A DNA stretch of 64,000 nt, from positions 124,001-188,000 of the IMG/VR virus record IMGVR_UViG_3300042453_005404; one strand, written 5' to 3'. This document shows positions 16,862-26,839 of this stretch, one piece after another. The translations under genes and the position numbers were made by a program. Position 1 is the stretch's first letter; each line of letters opens with the position of its first letter. The notes below the pieces were generated by a model, which saw only the letters and a list, made by a program, of their open reading frames with translations, did no database searches and had not been told where the DNA came from.

Positions 16862-17676
16862 CTTGGGGTATCCGATCCTTTGTAGCGTGCGTTCCAAAGT
16901 CTGTCAGCTATATCAATCAAAAGGTTTTTTACATCTGTATTTTCTGGATTATTCATTGGATCTTTGGCTTTTATCATTATGTCTTCTGCTTGTTTAATCA
17001 ATGGTGCAGCTTTTAATGGACCTTTATATCGATATGCATCTGCGGTGCCAACGATTTTAGCCATTTCTTCTGGTTCAGAAATGCTTCCACCTTTTGCTGG
17101 CAATGGGCAGTCATCTATTTCTTGTGGAGTTTTTGGTTCTGTTTCATTTTTGATTCTGCTTATAATGTTACCAAAGAAACCACCACTTTGTTTTCTGCGT
17201 GGTTTAGCTATGCGTTTTGGATATGTGCCTTGAATATCCATATATATTTTGCCTTTATCCGTAGCTGCATAGTTGTCCAAGCCTTCTCCAACTTTTACCC
17301 AATCTGTGCTTTGTTCTATTTTGGACCAAGTTTCTCTTGCTGCAACAGAGCTACTATGATAACGATCACTTGTTAGCGGAGCTCCAAAGTAATCGCTTGT
17401 TAGAGCATAAAGTGTCAAACCTGCTCCTCTCCATTCTTTGTTTCCTAAAGCCATTGAAACTTGCATTGCTTCAAGGCAATCTTTTTCACTTTCTGAACAT
17501 GTGATCATGCTAGCCACAACTTTAGAGCTATCATTTTTATCATTCAAAAATCTTAACAAAGAATCGGTGTGAGCTAAAATCAAAGTTTTATCAAACACAA
17601 ACAAAGCAAACTCTGGTGCTGTGTATGATATAAAGCTTTTTTCTTCTTTTTCGAACAATAACGGATATAGCTTCAT
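16858..17676 (-). CDS. tagged GNAT-like protein (paralog set B)
   Basis: MKLYPLLFE; RGAGLTLY; LTSDR..SSVAARETW. Confidence 0.55.
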   Translation of the reverse strand: MKLYPLLFEKEEKSFISYTAPEFALFVFDKTLILAHTDSLLRFLNDKNDSSKVVASMITCSESEKDCLEAMQVSMALGNKEWRGAGLTLYALTSDYFGAPLTSDRYHSSSVAARETWSKIEQSTDWVKVGEGLDNYAATDKGKIYMDIQGTYPKRIAKPRRKQSGGFFGNIISRIKNETEPKTPQEIDDCPLPAKGGSISEPEEMAKIVGTADAYRYKGPLKAAPLIKQAEDIMIKAKDPMNNPENTDVKNLLIDIADRLWNARYKGSDTPR

Positions 17677-18527
17677 GGTTTCTTCATGGTTTCTTCAATA
17701 AAGTCTGTACTGTTTTTGATTGTTTCAAAACGTTTTATCAACATGGGTTTGATTGTGTTGTTAACCAAACTTTTCCATTCCTCAATTTCGGCATTTTCAA
17801 TTTTAGCATTTTCCTTCATTGTTTTGGCAACTTCTTCTCTAGCAGCGTCAACCGTTTTAATTAAAGAGTCAACACTTTCTACTTCGTTGAATTGATCCAC
17901 AGCTTTTTGTAAGCTATCGAGGCTATAAGTTTGTGCAGCTGGGGATGAACCCTTGCCGGGATACATACTTCTAAGTTCTCCCACTTTGCTGTTAAATTGT
18001 TGATCTGTTTTTCGGGCACCTTGAGCACGAAAAATCAAAGAACCACCGGGATCAATACGTACAACACCGTTATCTGTTGCTAATAGGTTGGAAGTGTTTC
18101 CAATATCCCAGTTTGCCAACAGCATGTCAACAAACATTCCTTGGGTTAAGTTATTTCTTGAGCCCAAAGAACTTCTAGAAAATCGATAACCTTTTACTTT
18201 TTTAGTTGCCAACCCAATTCTTTTTCTTTCTTCGCTTCCAACAACCTGAATATCTTCTGGTATTGATATACCAAACAGCTTGTAAATTTGATATGCCAAA
18301 TATTCAACTCCTATTTGAAGATTAAATTCTTGTTGTTCTAAGTTAGATTCATTCCCCCATCCTCCATATTTCAAGTAATAACTTCCATTCTTGAACTTGC
18401 AAGTTTGTAATGAATGGGATGATGCAGAGCTACAAACCTCTAGGTCTTGTAGCTCTGTTTCGCTAATCCCTTCTAAAATTTGTTGCTTGACAATTGTTTT
18501 TAATGCGTTAAAAAGTTTTGTTCTCAC
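17673..18527 (-). CDS. tagged HipA/PI3K-like kinase-fold protein
   Basis: LKTIVKQQILE; YYLK, EYLAYQIY, DMLLANWD..N..N, RIDPGGSL. Confidence 0.65.
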   Translation of the reverse strand: MRTKLFNALKTIVKQQILEGISETELQDLEVCSSASSHSLQTCKFKNGSYYLKYGGWGNESNLEQQEFNLQIGVEYLAYQIYKLFGISIPEDIQVVGSEERKRIGLATKKVKGYRFSRSSLGSRNNLTQGMFVDMLLANWDIGNTSNLLATDNGVVRIDPGGSLIFRAQGARKTDQQFNSKVGELRSMYPGKGSSPAAQTYSLDSLQKAVDQFNEVESVDSLIKTVDAAREEVAKTMKENAKIENAEIEEWKSLVNNTIKPMLIKRFETIKNSTDFIEETMKKP

Positions 18528-18569
18528 TTTAAATCACCTTACAAAGTAAATAGTTGAATTAATCAAAAA

Positions 18570-18917
18570 GGTGGACCATTTGGGTTCCGCCCCCAAGTCC
18601 TAAAAAGTATAACTTTTGATATGCTACGTGACCTATCTTGCTTAATACGACCACAATCTTTCAAGCAAACATTGTGGAAGTTTTATCGTGTATCTTGGTT
18701 GTTTTACTCGATATCCTTGAACAACCTTGTCTGATTAATCACACCCAATAAATCGTCCAGACGTAACAGTTTATAAGATGCTGTTTCAAGCTGCTAGGCT
18801 GAGAACAGGTTGTGCGTTATCGTTTGCACTTACGTTTTTGTTAGTTTTTATAGTGTATCCAACTACACTGTCACGCAATCAAACTTTATCCTTCTTAGTC
18901 GAATCTGTATATGGCCC
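18570..18917 (-). ncRNA. ssrA: tmRNA, tag (A)ANDNAQPVLSLAA*
   Basis: 5' GGGCCAT...GATTCGAC; 3' ATGGTCC-ACC with G3:U70; tag ORF 18827-18786 ends LAA-TGA. Confidence 0.92.
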
Positions 18918-18965
18918 GTAAATCAAAAGACAATCTTCTGATTTCTTATATTTACTATTACATAT

Positions 18966-19709
18966 ATGAAAAAACATTTAAAGGCAATCATACGTTCTCT
19001 TGTTTTAGAAGCTATGAGAGAGCTAGCTCCCGGTCAAAAACCCAAGATGATCTTTCTTGCCGGTGGTTCTGGAAGCGGTAAATCCACTACCTTAAGAGCT
19101 TTAGACGTTCGAAGCCGTGGATTTCAAGTTATCGACCCCGACGAAGCCTTTGAAGAAGGCTTGCGCCAACATAATCTTGGTTTAGACATTGCAAAAGCTG
19201 AAAAAGAGTTTTTTGATATCAACAACAGATATAAAGCTGCACAAGAAGCTGGTGATAGAAAAGCAATGAAAGAACTGCAACCTGAGTATTATCGGTTGCG
19301 TGCGAATTCTAAACTTCGTGGTCGTTTGTTTATGTCAGCTTTGCATGGAGCGAAAGAAAAAGCGTTAGGTTTGGCACAAGAGCAACATGATTTCATTGTT
19401 GATGGTACAGGTGGCAACTACAACAAAATTGCAACCTTAAAAAAAGAGTATGAAGAACTTGGTTATGTCACCGCAATGATTTTTGTTCATGTTGAGCTAG
19501 ATACCAGTTTGAAACGAAACCGTGAACGTGGGGAAAGTGGTGGCAGAAAATTGCGTCGCAGCACAGTAAAACAAAGCTGGGAAAACGTTCACAAAAACGA
19601 ACAACCTTTTAGAAAACTGTTTGGTGAAAACTTTTTTTACATTGATGCAGAAAACTTGGAGCAATCGTTACGTGAAGTTTCTGGTAAGATTACCAGTTTC
19701 ATGAGGTAG
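18966..19709 (+). CDS. tagged zeta-toxin-like P-loop kinase
   Basis: LKAIIRSLVLE; FLAGGSGSGKST, IDPD, IVDGTG, RNRER.R. Confidence 0.75.
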   Translation: MKKHLKAIIRSLVLEAMRELAPGQKPKMIFLAGGSGSGKSTTLRALDVRSRGFQVIDPDEAFEEGLRQHNLGLDIAKAEKEFFDINNRYKAAQEAGDRKAMKELQPEYYRLRANSKLRGRLFMSALHGAKEKALGLAQEQHDFIVDGTGGNYNKIATLKKEYEELGYVTAMIFVHVELDTSLKRNRERGESGGRKLRRSTVKQSWENVHKNEQPFRKLFGENFFYIDAENLEQSLREVSGKITSFMR

Positions 19710-19718
19710 TAAGTTTGA

Positions 19719-20282
19719 TTATATCTCACCTAGACGCTTTGCACGGTTAGCTTTGTAGTTGTCAACCAAGTCACCAACATCGGTTGTCATGACACGTTTG
19801 AATGTGTCCCAGCTTGTTTCATTTTCTGGTTGTTCACCGCAATGTTTGGCTATAAGACGTTTGCGTGCGGCATTCTGTGCGTTGCGTGGAAGCTGCAACA
19901 CAAACTTTTCAATTGTTGCTGGATCGCATGGATCTCTTGGGCTTATGCTTTCAATTTCTTTTTCTACTGCTTGCTGAATGCTTTGTTCTATAGCACCTTT
20001 TGGTTCTAATTTTTTGTATCGATCACGATTGAAATATAAAGCTTGGCTCAATACCGCTTTTCGAAGTTTGGCAAACTGTGAATTAGATTTTATGTCATTG
20101 TCCGCACCCGCAAATGCATCAACTAGTTTTTCTTCAGAACGTAGATTTCCGTAGGGTGTTATAATGTTTTTTTCTACCCAACGTTTTAGTTTTCGATCTT
20201 TTGGATCATTGCGATTTAGATTATCTATAATTGTGCGTACTTCCAAATTTGCTGTTTCAAAAAGTATGTTGTAAAGTTTCAT
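19719..20282 (-). CDS. tagged hypothetical protein
   Basis: MKLYNILFE. Confidence 0.7.
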   Translation of the reverse strand: MKLYNILFETANLEVRTIIDNLNRNDPKDRKLKRWVEKNIITPYGNLRSEEKLVDAFAGADNDIKSNSQFAKLRKAVLSQALYFNRDRYKKLEPKGAIEQSIQQAVEKEIESISPRDPCDPATIEKFVLQLPRNAQNAARKRLIAKHCGEQPENETSWDTFKRVMTTDVGDLVDNYKANRAKRLGEI

Positions 20283-20337
20283 AATAATTTTAAATATCTC
20301 ATATTATTAAAAATTTCCATGATGCATAACTATACAC

Positions 20338-21261
20338 ATGAATTCATCACTTAAATCTCTTAAAACAATCATTCATTCTGTCTTACTTGAAGGTCAACTT
20401 GAAAAAGAAAAGCTTACAATACAAGATATTGTCAACAAGCTTAAGAATCGTGTGCTTATATTTTTTGATACCGAAACAACAGGATTCAGTTCAAAAACTC
20501 CTTATTCATTGATTACAGAAATCGGCGCAATCGCAATCGATACAAGCACAGGTGAAGAGCTTGGCCGATATTCGATGAAAAGCAAGTTAACACAATCGGT
20601 TGAAGATCGTAGAAAAAAACAACGTGAAGAAATTGCAGCCGGAACAAGAAAATCTAATAGTATGACTATTGATGACATTTTGAAAATGACTGCTTACGAA
20701 GAAGGTGACATTCCTTTCGAAGAAGAAGGAAAAGTTTTGGCTGGGTTTTCTGAGTTCGTCAGTCAGTACCGATCTCTAGGTCCAATCATGGTTGCACACA
20801 ACGCACGCTTTGATATGCGGCAAATAAACGACGCTTTAAAACTTCGTCACGAAATGCCGTTTCTTCCTAAATACAGTGTGTTGGATACCAAAGTACTTGT
20901 TGAAAAATATTTGCAATCATTGCTTATTGGTTTGGAAAATCTTAGAGGAACTGATCCAGAAGTTGATCGACTGTTTAATGAGCTACGTTCTACAAATCGC
21001 TTTACTAGCAGACTTGGCTCATTGGGCACTGCATTCGAAGTTGAAACAAAGCATTGGCACAGTGCAATAGCAGATACACTGCAACTGTCTGGTATCTTAG
21101 CTAAAATCCTTGATTTCTTTGAACGCCGAGGAGACGAGCCTTACAATATTGGCAGAGATATTCGTAGTGGCCTTGCAAAACGTTTACCATCAGGTGAGAT
21201 TGAATACAAAAAAACAAGACAGAAAAAGGGAGCAATTAAGCCACCTGTCAATCAACCTTAG
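20338..21261 (+). CDS. tagged DEDDh 3'-5' exonuclease (DnaQ-like)
   Basis: FDTETTG, AHNARFD, HSAIADT; LKTIIHSVLLE N-terminus. Confidence 0.85.
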   Translation: MNSSLKSLKTIIHSVLLEGQLEKEKLTIQDIVNKLKNRVLIFFDTETTGFSSKTPYSLITEIGAIAIDTSTGEELGRYSMKSKLTQSVEDRRKKQREEIAAGTRKSNSMTIDDILKMTAYEEGDIPFEEEGKVLAGFSEFVSQYRSLGPIMVAHNARFDMRQINDALKLRHEMPFLPKYSVLDTKVLVEKYLQSLLIGLENLRGTDPEVDRLFNELRSTNRFTSRLGSLGTAFEVETKHWHSAIADTLQLSGILAKILDFFERRGDEPYNIGRDIRSGLAKRLPSGEIEYKKTRQKKGAIKPPVNQP

Positions 21262-21264
21262 TTT

Positions 21265-23061
21265 TCAGTTGATTTGTTTTGTCAACTTACTCAACAACTT
21301 ATTCCAAATCAAAGCTTCGGTCATCATGTTTTTCAAATGCATTATAGCTTGTGATTTAACTGTTGAATTTTTGTCCTTTGCCAATGTCTGAACAATCTCT
21401 TTGGTTATATTCGGATTCTGTAAAAGATATAACTTCAACGAGTAGTTGGGTGATTTAGTAAAAGTCTTTAGAATTGCAGGTGGAGTTTCTTGATTTCGAA
21501 CAATTGATTTTTGCACATCTTCGTCTGGATCTTGTGCAAGTTTAGTAAAAAGTTCTAATGTAAGTTTAGGATTTAGTGCAACTGATTTTCGTATCATGTA
21601 GTCTTTGTGGTTTGAGTAAACATTCAAAATATTCAATGGTGTATTTTGATTTTTACCAATCTCCATTCTAACTTCTTGGTTTTTTGTAGCTTTAGCTATA
21701 AATGCTATTGTCTCTGGTAAAGTATTTCGATTCTTTGCGATTGCAAGATGAATATATTGTGCGGAGGAAGCAGGAACTTTCTTTCTTGCAAGTCTGTCTA
21801 ACACTTCGCTTGGAGCATTTGGATTATTCGCAATACCAGTCATAAAAGCTGGATCTTCTTTGTTGACAAGAGTCATTACCAGTTCGGGTGATATACTTGG
21901 ATTCCTTGCTGCGGAATGTCGGATACCAGCATCTGGATCGTTCAAAAGCTTTTCCAGCTCGGCTGCTGGTAGTTTTTCATTTTCTGCTGCTTGTCTTCTA
22001 ACATTTAAATCTTTATCGTGAACTAAAACAGTCACAGCTTCTGGTGACATATCAAATCTCAAAGCTGATCTAATAAATTTTTGCCGCAGATTCTGACCGT
22101 TTTCATCATCAGCGAAACTATTAATTTTTGTTTCGAAAGCTTTTGCGTTTTGAACTAGTCTTATAAACTCTTCTTTTGCAGGATGTTGACCTTCTAAGCT
22201 TTCTGCTTTTTCCTGCATTATTCCAAGAAACTTATTTGCCAAATCTTTTCCAACAACTTGCTCAAACTTTTTCTTGGTAAAGCCTTCGTTGTCCGCATTA
22301 ACAGTAATATTCCCAGAACCTAGATCGAATCTTGGTTCGCCATTAATAAAACCAACACTCATTTTAGCATATGGGTCTTCGTTAGCGTTTACACCTTTCT
22401 TAACAACATAAAACAAAATAGTGTCTTGATCTGGATCATTAACATATTGAAGAAATAGGTTAGATTCATCGGGTCTGGTAGTACACCATACAGTATCTCT
22501 TCTGCCACCTGTTTTGCCAATCTCGCAGCTGGCTTCAGTTGTATGTGGCATATAAACAACCCAACCATTTTCTTCCGCAAGCTTACCAAATTTCTCTTCT
22601 GAACCAGCCATTTCCTCAGAAGAAACTTTTTGGTTAAGTTGTTGGTTTAGCTGTTCAATATTTTCTAACTTGTCAAGAAAGTTTGGCTCAAAGTTTTCTT
22701 TGTTTTTTTGCAAAGAAAGAAGAGGTGCAATATAATCTTCAAGAACTTGTCGAAAGCTCAGATCTAGCCGACGAAGTTGTTTTGTTAACCATTGAATATA
22801 TGGAGCTTTTAAGTTTTTACTTTTGGCTATTTCAACAGATTTGTAGAGAGCTTCTAGTTGTGGAAAAGAAAGCTTGGTTAAATCCTTTGCTTCTGGATGT
22901 AACAAGGCATTGTATTTCGTTGTCAAATCTTTGAAATACTGCTCTGCTTGTGTCTTTTGCTCGTCTGTTATGTCTGTGTTTTTACTTTTCCAAACATCGA
23001 TTGGAGCTTCGGTGAGAAGTATTTGTTTGATTATAGCCTTAAGAATTTGTCTTTGATTCAT
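21265..23061 (-). CDS. tagged protein with PcfJ-like domain and LRV/HEAT-like repeats
   Basis: PxTxEASCxxG...WCTT; repeated AxNPNxPxExLxxL. Confidence 0.65.
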   Translation of the reverse strand: MNQRQILKAIIKQILLTEAPIDVWKSKNTDITDEQKTQAEQYFKDLTTKYNALLHPEAKDLTKLSFPQLEALYKSVEIAKSKNLKAPYIQWLTKQLRRLDLSFRQVLEDYIAPLLSLQKNKENFEPNFLDKLENIEQLNQQLNQKVSSEEMAGSEEKFGKLAEENGWVVYMPHTTEASCEIGKTGGRRDTVWCTTRPDESNLFLQYVNDPDQDTILFYVVKKGVNANEDPYAKMSVGFINGEPRFDLGSGNITVNADNEGFTKKKFEQVVGKDLANKFLGIMQEKAESLEGQHPAKEEFIRLVQNAKAFETKINSFADDENGQNLRQKFIRSALRFDMSPEAVTVLVHDKDLNVRRQAAENEKLPAAELEKLLNDPDAGIRHSAARNPSISPELVMTLVNKEDPAFMTGIANNPNAPSEVLDRLARKKVPASSAQYIHLAIAKNRNTLPETIAFIAKATKNQEVRMEIGKNQNTPLNILNVYSNHKDYMIRKSVALNPKLTLELFTKLAQDPDEDVQKSIVRNQETPPAILKTFTKSPNYSLKLYLLQNPNITKEIVQTLAKDKNSTVKSQAIMHLKNMMTEALIWNKLLSKLTKQIN

Positions 23062-23079
23062 AAAGCTAAGTATATATTT

Positions 23080-26000
23080 CTAATCGATTTTGTAAATCTT
23101 GTTTTGATAAGCAGAGAATCCAAAATCCGATTTATCAAAAAGTCCAACCACAACGTCGTTCTGAATTAGATTCACTTCACCTCTCCAACCCCAAATAAAA
23201 CAAGTAACCTCTTTATTCGCTTCAGCAAACAAACGAAGCTTCATATACGTCTTACCTGTCTTAGTCTTAGCCAATCCAGCAGAAGCTACAATAGCCCAGT
23301 AATTACCCTTCTCACTCCAGTTATCGATAGACTCAAAACCAAGCTCATCAAGCTTTACCCGAGCTTCCTTCGACAACAGAAGATCGAAATCAACTGAACC
23401 AGCTAGCTCCTTGGTAAACTCCATCTTCTCTGCCTTGGTCCAATCCTCCATACCTTGAACCTCTGCAATAGCAGCTTCAAGAGGTTGAGTGATATCGTTG
23501 TTCTTCTTGCGTGAAGTAATACGCTTAAACTCATCATATCGATCAACAAGCACAGCATGGACTTGCTTGTAGTTCTTGAACAACTTACCATCACCAACGA
23601 TATCCATCGAGCCCAACGCTTCAAGCTTCACAAGAGCTGATAGAGCACTCTTGTTGAACTTGCTGTGTCTCCATGAACCATCTTGGTTAATCAGCAAGTC
23701 CCGCACAGAGTTATATGGACGGAACTGTTGAATCTCGCTTACAGCAGTTTTGCCAACGTGCTTGAGCGAACTAAAGCTTGGCACAAGAGTTTTGTTGAAA
23801 GTAGGATGTGAGATAACCTCATATTCAGACACGTTAATGTCTGGCTTGGTCAACTCATATCCAAGAGCCTTGGCTTCTTTAATGGCAATAGCCTTTGGAT
23901 CTTCCTTGCCTGTTACCTTACCCTTAGAGATTGCACAGTAATCAATATACGTAGCAATCCATTCATCTGGATAATAGGTGAGGAACCAAGCACATTGCCA
24001 TGTTGTGATTGCATAGCATACAGCGTGTGATTTGTTGAAGCTATAAGCGACGAGTTTTTCCATTTCATCAAAGATATCGCCGCAATCTTCTGCGTCGATA
24101 TTGTTGGCCTTTGCGCAAGCATCAATAAAGCTCTGACGAAGCTTGTTACGTTCTGCTTGTGCCTTTTCCTTGTTGTTGATTTCTTTCTTGGTAAATGCCT
24201 TACGGATACCATCTGTATCTTCAAGGGGAACCCCAGCAAGCTTATGATAAATCATTTGAAGCTGCTCTTGGAACACAAGGAGTCCAGAGGTTTCAGCAAA
24301 TACTTCCTTGAGAAGTGGATGCTTGTATACAACTGAATCTGGGTTTGCACGGTTATTCAAGAAGCGTTGATCTACCTTAAGAGATAGAGGACCGGGACGA
24401 AAGATAGACGTAGCCACAGCAATATCTGTGATAGACTTTGGCTTCATTTGACGCATGAAGTTTTGAGTCTTGTCGTTGATGAACTGGAAAATACCAGTGT
24501 AGTTACCCTTCCAGAAAACGTTCTCATAAACCTTTGGATCAGTCAATGGGTTGTTGTCGGGATGTAGATTATCCCAGAACCATTGCTTGATTTGCTTGAA
24601 CGTTGGATGCTTGATGCCTTGCTTTTGCAAGATACGTCGCACACAGTTCTCAAACATACGAAGTGTACCAAGACCAAGAATATCGAACTTGAGTAGACCA
24701 AACTCTTCAAGGTGACGAAAGTTTACACCTTCTGGCCATGGAGTTTGTAGCTCGCCGCCAGCCTTGATAAGAGGCATACCTTCACGGCTGTTCTCGGTAA
24801 TAATCACTCCTCCAGCGTGACGAGACAAACCACGCATTTGCTTGAATAGCACCTTAATGGTTGTTTGGAACTCTGGATAAGTTTCCATGAGTTGTTGGAA
24901 AGTAGGAGAATCATTCATTGCGGCTTCAAAGGTCATAACCCATGTGCCACGATCAAAGCCTTCTACTTGCTTGGCAACATCAAGCACTTCCTTTTCAATC
25001 TTACCCGTTGCTGCGTTAATCTCTTCGAAGGGAAGATTGTGCAAGCGAGCAACATCCTTGATAAGAGAACGAAGTTGCAACTGAGCGAAGTTGGTTACAG
25101 GAATAACGTTTTCTGAACCAAAGAACTCGATAAGAAGTTTTACTGCACGATCCCGGTCAGAGAAGTCAGAGTCAATATCTGGGAATGATTTTTTAGACTT
25201 AACCAAAAATCTAGCGAACAGAAGACCGAAACGAATCGGATCAACTTGTGTTATGTTCAACACATATGACAGAAGAGATCCAGCAGCAGAACCTCTGCCG
25301 TTACCGATAAGCATTTCCTTACCAACAATGTCCATGATCTTGTGATATGTGAGGAAATACTTAGCAAAGCGAAGATGCTTAATAGTATCAAGCTCATTCT
25401 TAAGACGCTTGATATAAACATCATCATGATTACGTCCTACGTTACGTAGACCATTAATCGCAAGCTGCACAAGTTGCTTGAAGGCTACGTCATCCTCAGA
25501 CATGCCCGCAGAAGCCTCTAGGAGTTTATCTAGAGCATTCTTCTCGATTAGACGACCAATGCCGGGAAGCTTTACAGAACGGTCAATAAAAACGTCTCCA
25601 ATAAGATCGTGAGCGATATCGTGAGTACGTTCAATAGCATCGCAAATAAGTTGATCGTCGGTGTACAGTTCTGGGTATGCTGCCTTTTGCTCAAGGTAGG
25701 TATTCCAAACTTGTTCTGCGTTCTTTGGATAAAGCTCGCACTTAAGCTCTTCAACCTTTTGTGGTAGAGTGTTTGGATCAATGGTACCCTTGGTTTTCGA
25801 AGCCCAAGCCATAGCCTTGTAGACTTCACGTTCCTTCCAATGGTTAGGATTGGAATAGTGAGAGTCAACAGTAACAACAAGCTTAAGACCTGTTTCCTTG
25901 GCAAGCTCCATGAGATAGAAGTTAACAAGGTGTTGAGCCGTTAGACGGTTCATCTGGAGTTCAAGGTAGTAGTTCTCCGGTCCACCAAGAGCATCAACAA

Positions 26001-26763
26001 ACTTATTGGTGATTGACCTAAGTTCTGTCATAATCCTGTCATAGTTGTGACGGTTTACACCCCAATCCTTCCAATCAACGGTTTGATCTTGATTGTCGAA
26101 GATCGTGCGAGCAAGACGACCACCAATACATGCAGAAGAGGCAATAACGTTACCTTTGGCATGACGCTTGAGCATATCAAAGTCCATGCGAGGATATCGG
26201 TAAAAGCCATCGATATAACTCTCGGAAACCATTTGAAAGATGCTCTTCAGCCCAGCATTGTTCTTTGGTAGAACAACAAGATGGTTACGTTGAGCGATAG
26301 GATCAGAAAACTTATTGTTCTTGGTTTCTGCTTCAATCTCTACAACGGTGCCACCTTCCTCTTCTTCCGAGGTTTCCTTGCCATGCTTGGCATCCATATC
26401 AGCTTCAGTATCAGCAAGTTCATTGCCAATAGATTCATTGCTGGCAAGCGCCTTGGCCAACGCCTTGTTGGCTTTTTGCATCTTGACAAGCTTATTCCAT
26501 TCAACAAATGAATCAATGAAATAAGCTTCAACACCGGGAATGGCCTTGAACTTTACACCTTTGTCTTTTAGCTTCTTTGCATGGATTTGTTGGTGAGAGA
26601 TACCTGCCATGCTACCATGATCGGTTAGAGCAAGCCCGTCCATACCATTTGAAATGGTAAAATCGATATGTTCTTGAGGTAGACCAATCGCATCCCCCAC
26701 GCTCCCAACTGTTGAATGTGCGTGAAGACCTACGAAACGAGATGGTTTGATTTGTGTAGTCAT
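23080..26763 (-). CDS. dnaE: DNA polymerase III alpha subunit (family C)
   Basis: PHP HAH, LTDHG, GRGSAAGSL, PDIDSD, KFDILGL, FNKSHA, C-terminal OB fold. Confidence 0.95.
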   Translation of the reverse strand: MTTQIKPSRFVGLHAHSTVGSVGDAIGLPQEHIDFTISNGMDGLALTDHGSMAGISHQQIHAKKLKDKGVKFKAIPGVEAYFIDSFVEWNKLVKMQKANKALAKALASNESIGNELADTEADMDAKHGKETSEEEEGGTVVEIEAETKNNKFSDPIAQRNHLVVLPKNNAGLKSIFQMVSESYIDGFYRYPRMDFDMLKRHAKGNVIASSACIGGRLARTIFDNQDQTVDWKDWGVNRHNYDRIMTELRSITNKFVDALGGPENYYLELQMNRLTAQHLVNFYLMELAKETGLKLVVTVDSHYSNPNHWKEREVYKAMAWASKTKGTIDPNTLPQKVEELKCELYPKNAEQVWNTYLEQKAAYPELYTDDQLICDAIERTHDIAHDLIGDVFIDRSVKLPGIGRLIEKNALDKLLEASAGMSEDDVAFKQLVQLAINGLRNVGRNHDDVYIKRLKNELDTIKHLRFAKYFLTYHKIMDIVGKEMLIGNGRGSAAGSLLSYVLNITQVDPIRFGLLFARFLVKSKKSFPDIDSDFSDRDRAVKLLIEFFGSENVIPVTNFAQLQLRSLIKDVARLHNLPFEEINAATGKIEKEVLDVAKQVEGFDRGTWVMTFEAAMNDSPTFQQLMETYPEFQTTIKVLFKQMRGLSRHAGGVIITENSREGMPLIKAGGELQTPWPEGVNFRHLEEFGLLKFDILGLGTLRMFENCVRRILQKQGIKHPTFKQIKQWFWDNLHPDNNPLTDPKVYENVFWKGNYTGIFQFINDKTQNFMRQMKPKSITDIAVATSIFRPGPLSLKVDQRFLNNRANPDSVVYKHPLLKEVFAETSGLLVFQEQLQMIYHKLAGVPLEDTDGIRKAFTKKEINNKEKAQAERNKLRQSFIDACAKANNIDAEDCGDIFDEMEKLVAYSFNKSHAVCYAITTWQCAWFLTYYPDEWIATYIDYCAISKGKVTGKEDPKAIAIKEAKALGYELTKPDINVSEYEVISHPTFNKTLVPSFSSLKHVGKTAVSEIQQFRPYNSVRDLLINQDGSWRHSKFNKSALSALVKLEALGSMDIVGDGKLFKNYKQVHAVLVDRYDEFKRITSRKKNNDITQPLEAAIAEVQGMEDWTKAEKMEFTKELAGSVDFDLLLSKEARVKLDELGFESIDNWSEKGNYWAIVASAGLAKTKTGKTYMKLRLFAEANKEVTCFIWGWRGEVNLIQNDVVVGLFDKSDFGFSAYQNKIYKID

Positions 26764-26798
26764 AGTGCTATAATACCAGCTATTAATCAGATTCTAAA
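26764..26798 (-). promoter_or_regulatory. leaderless early-type promoter of dnaE
   Basis: TTTAGA-17-TATTAT-6-ATG. Confidence 0.75.
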
Positions 26799-26839
26799 GA
26801 ATATTTACACAGTGGAACATAACCAATAGAAGAGAGTGA

